A stretch of DNA of 64,000 nucleotides from Ylistrum balloti (taxonomy: Eukaryota). Where the stretch lies: assembly GCF_031769215.1 (NCBI RefSeq), contig NW_026782366.1, forward strand, positions 186,001 through 250,000. Reading direction: 5' to 3'. The notes below the pieces were generated by a model. That model saw nothing but the letters and a program-made list of their open reading frames with translations, was not told where the DNA came from and did no database searches. Every line of letters begins with the position of its first letter. The first letter of the stretch is position 1. Positions 63,901 through 64,000 of the stretch are shown here, piece by piece. The position numbers were made by a program, and so were the translations under genes.

Positions 63901-64000
63901 AAAGCCAGCTTGGTATTATGATTTTTTATAAAGTTGCTAGTTTTTAGAAGAATGGATAATATACAGTAATGAATGATTATATAGTAATATCACGAGCTAC

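Noticed and set aside
49360-64000. Additional genes or LASP exon 2 in the right-hand 14.6 kb
   Set aside because: None of the listed short ORFs shows a domain, and I found no exon encoding the rest of the LIM domain; treated as intron.

Overview
AT-rich animal genomic DNA with spliceosomal GT-AG introns. The SINE/LINE/interspersed repeat styles suggest a mollusc, probably a bivalve (inference). I assembled six protein-coding genes by hand from splice sites: (1) an ankyrin-repeat/SOCS-box (ASB-type) gene on the minus strand that runs off the left edge; (2,3) two tandem 3-exon Ly6/uPAR (three-finger) genes with GPI-type tails; (4) an hnRNP A1/A2-type gene (minus) head-to-head with (5) an HP1/CBX chromobox gene (plus); (6) coding exon 1 of a LASP1-type LIM gene, whose first intron fills the rest of the window. 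Also present are a tRNA-Ala(CGC), a full-length Tc1 (DD34E) element with an open transposase ORF inside a Ly6 intron, a dead mariner, several CR1/L2-like LINE fragments and two 49-bp minisatellites. The best leads are the hnRNPA-HP1 divergent pair (the vertebrate HNRNPA2B1-CBX3 and HNRNPA1-CBX5 arrangement, with possibly overlapping 5' ends), a candidate CUG start for HP1, and candidate autoregulatory UTR exons/introns in hnRNPA. Exon structures are manual predictions; no database search or expression data were available.
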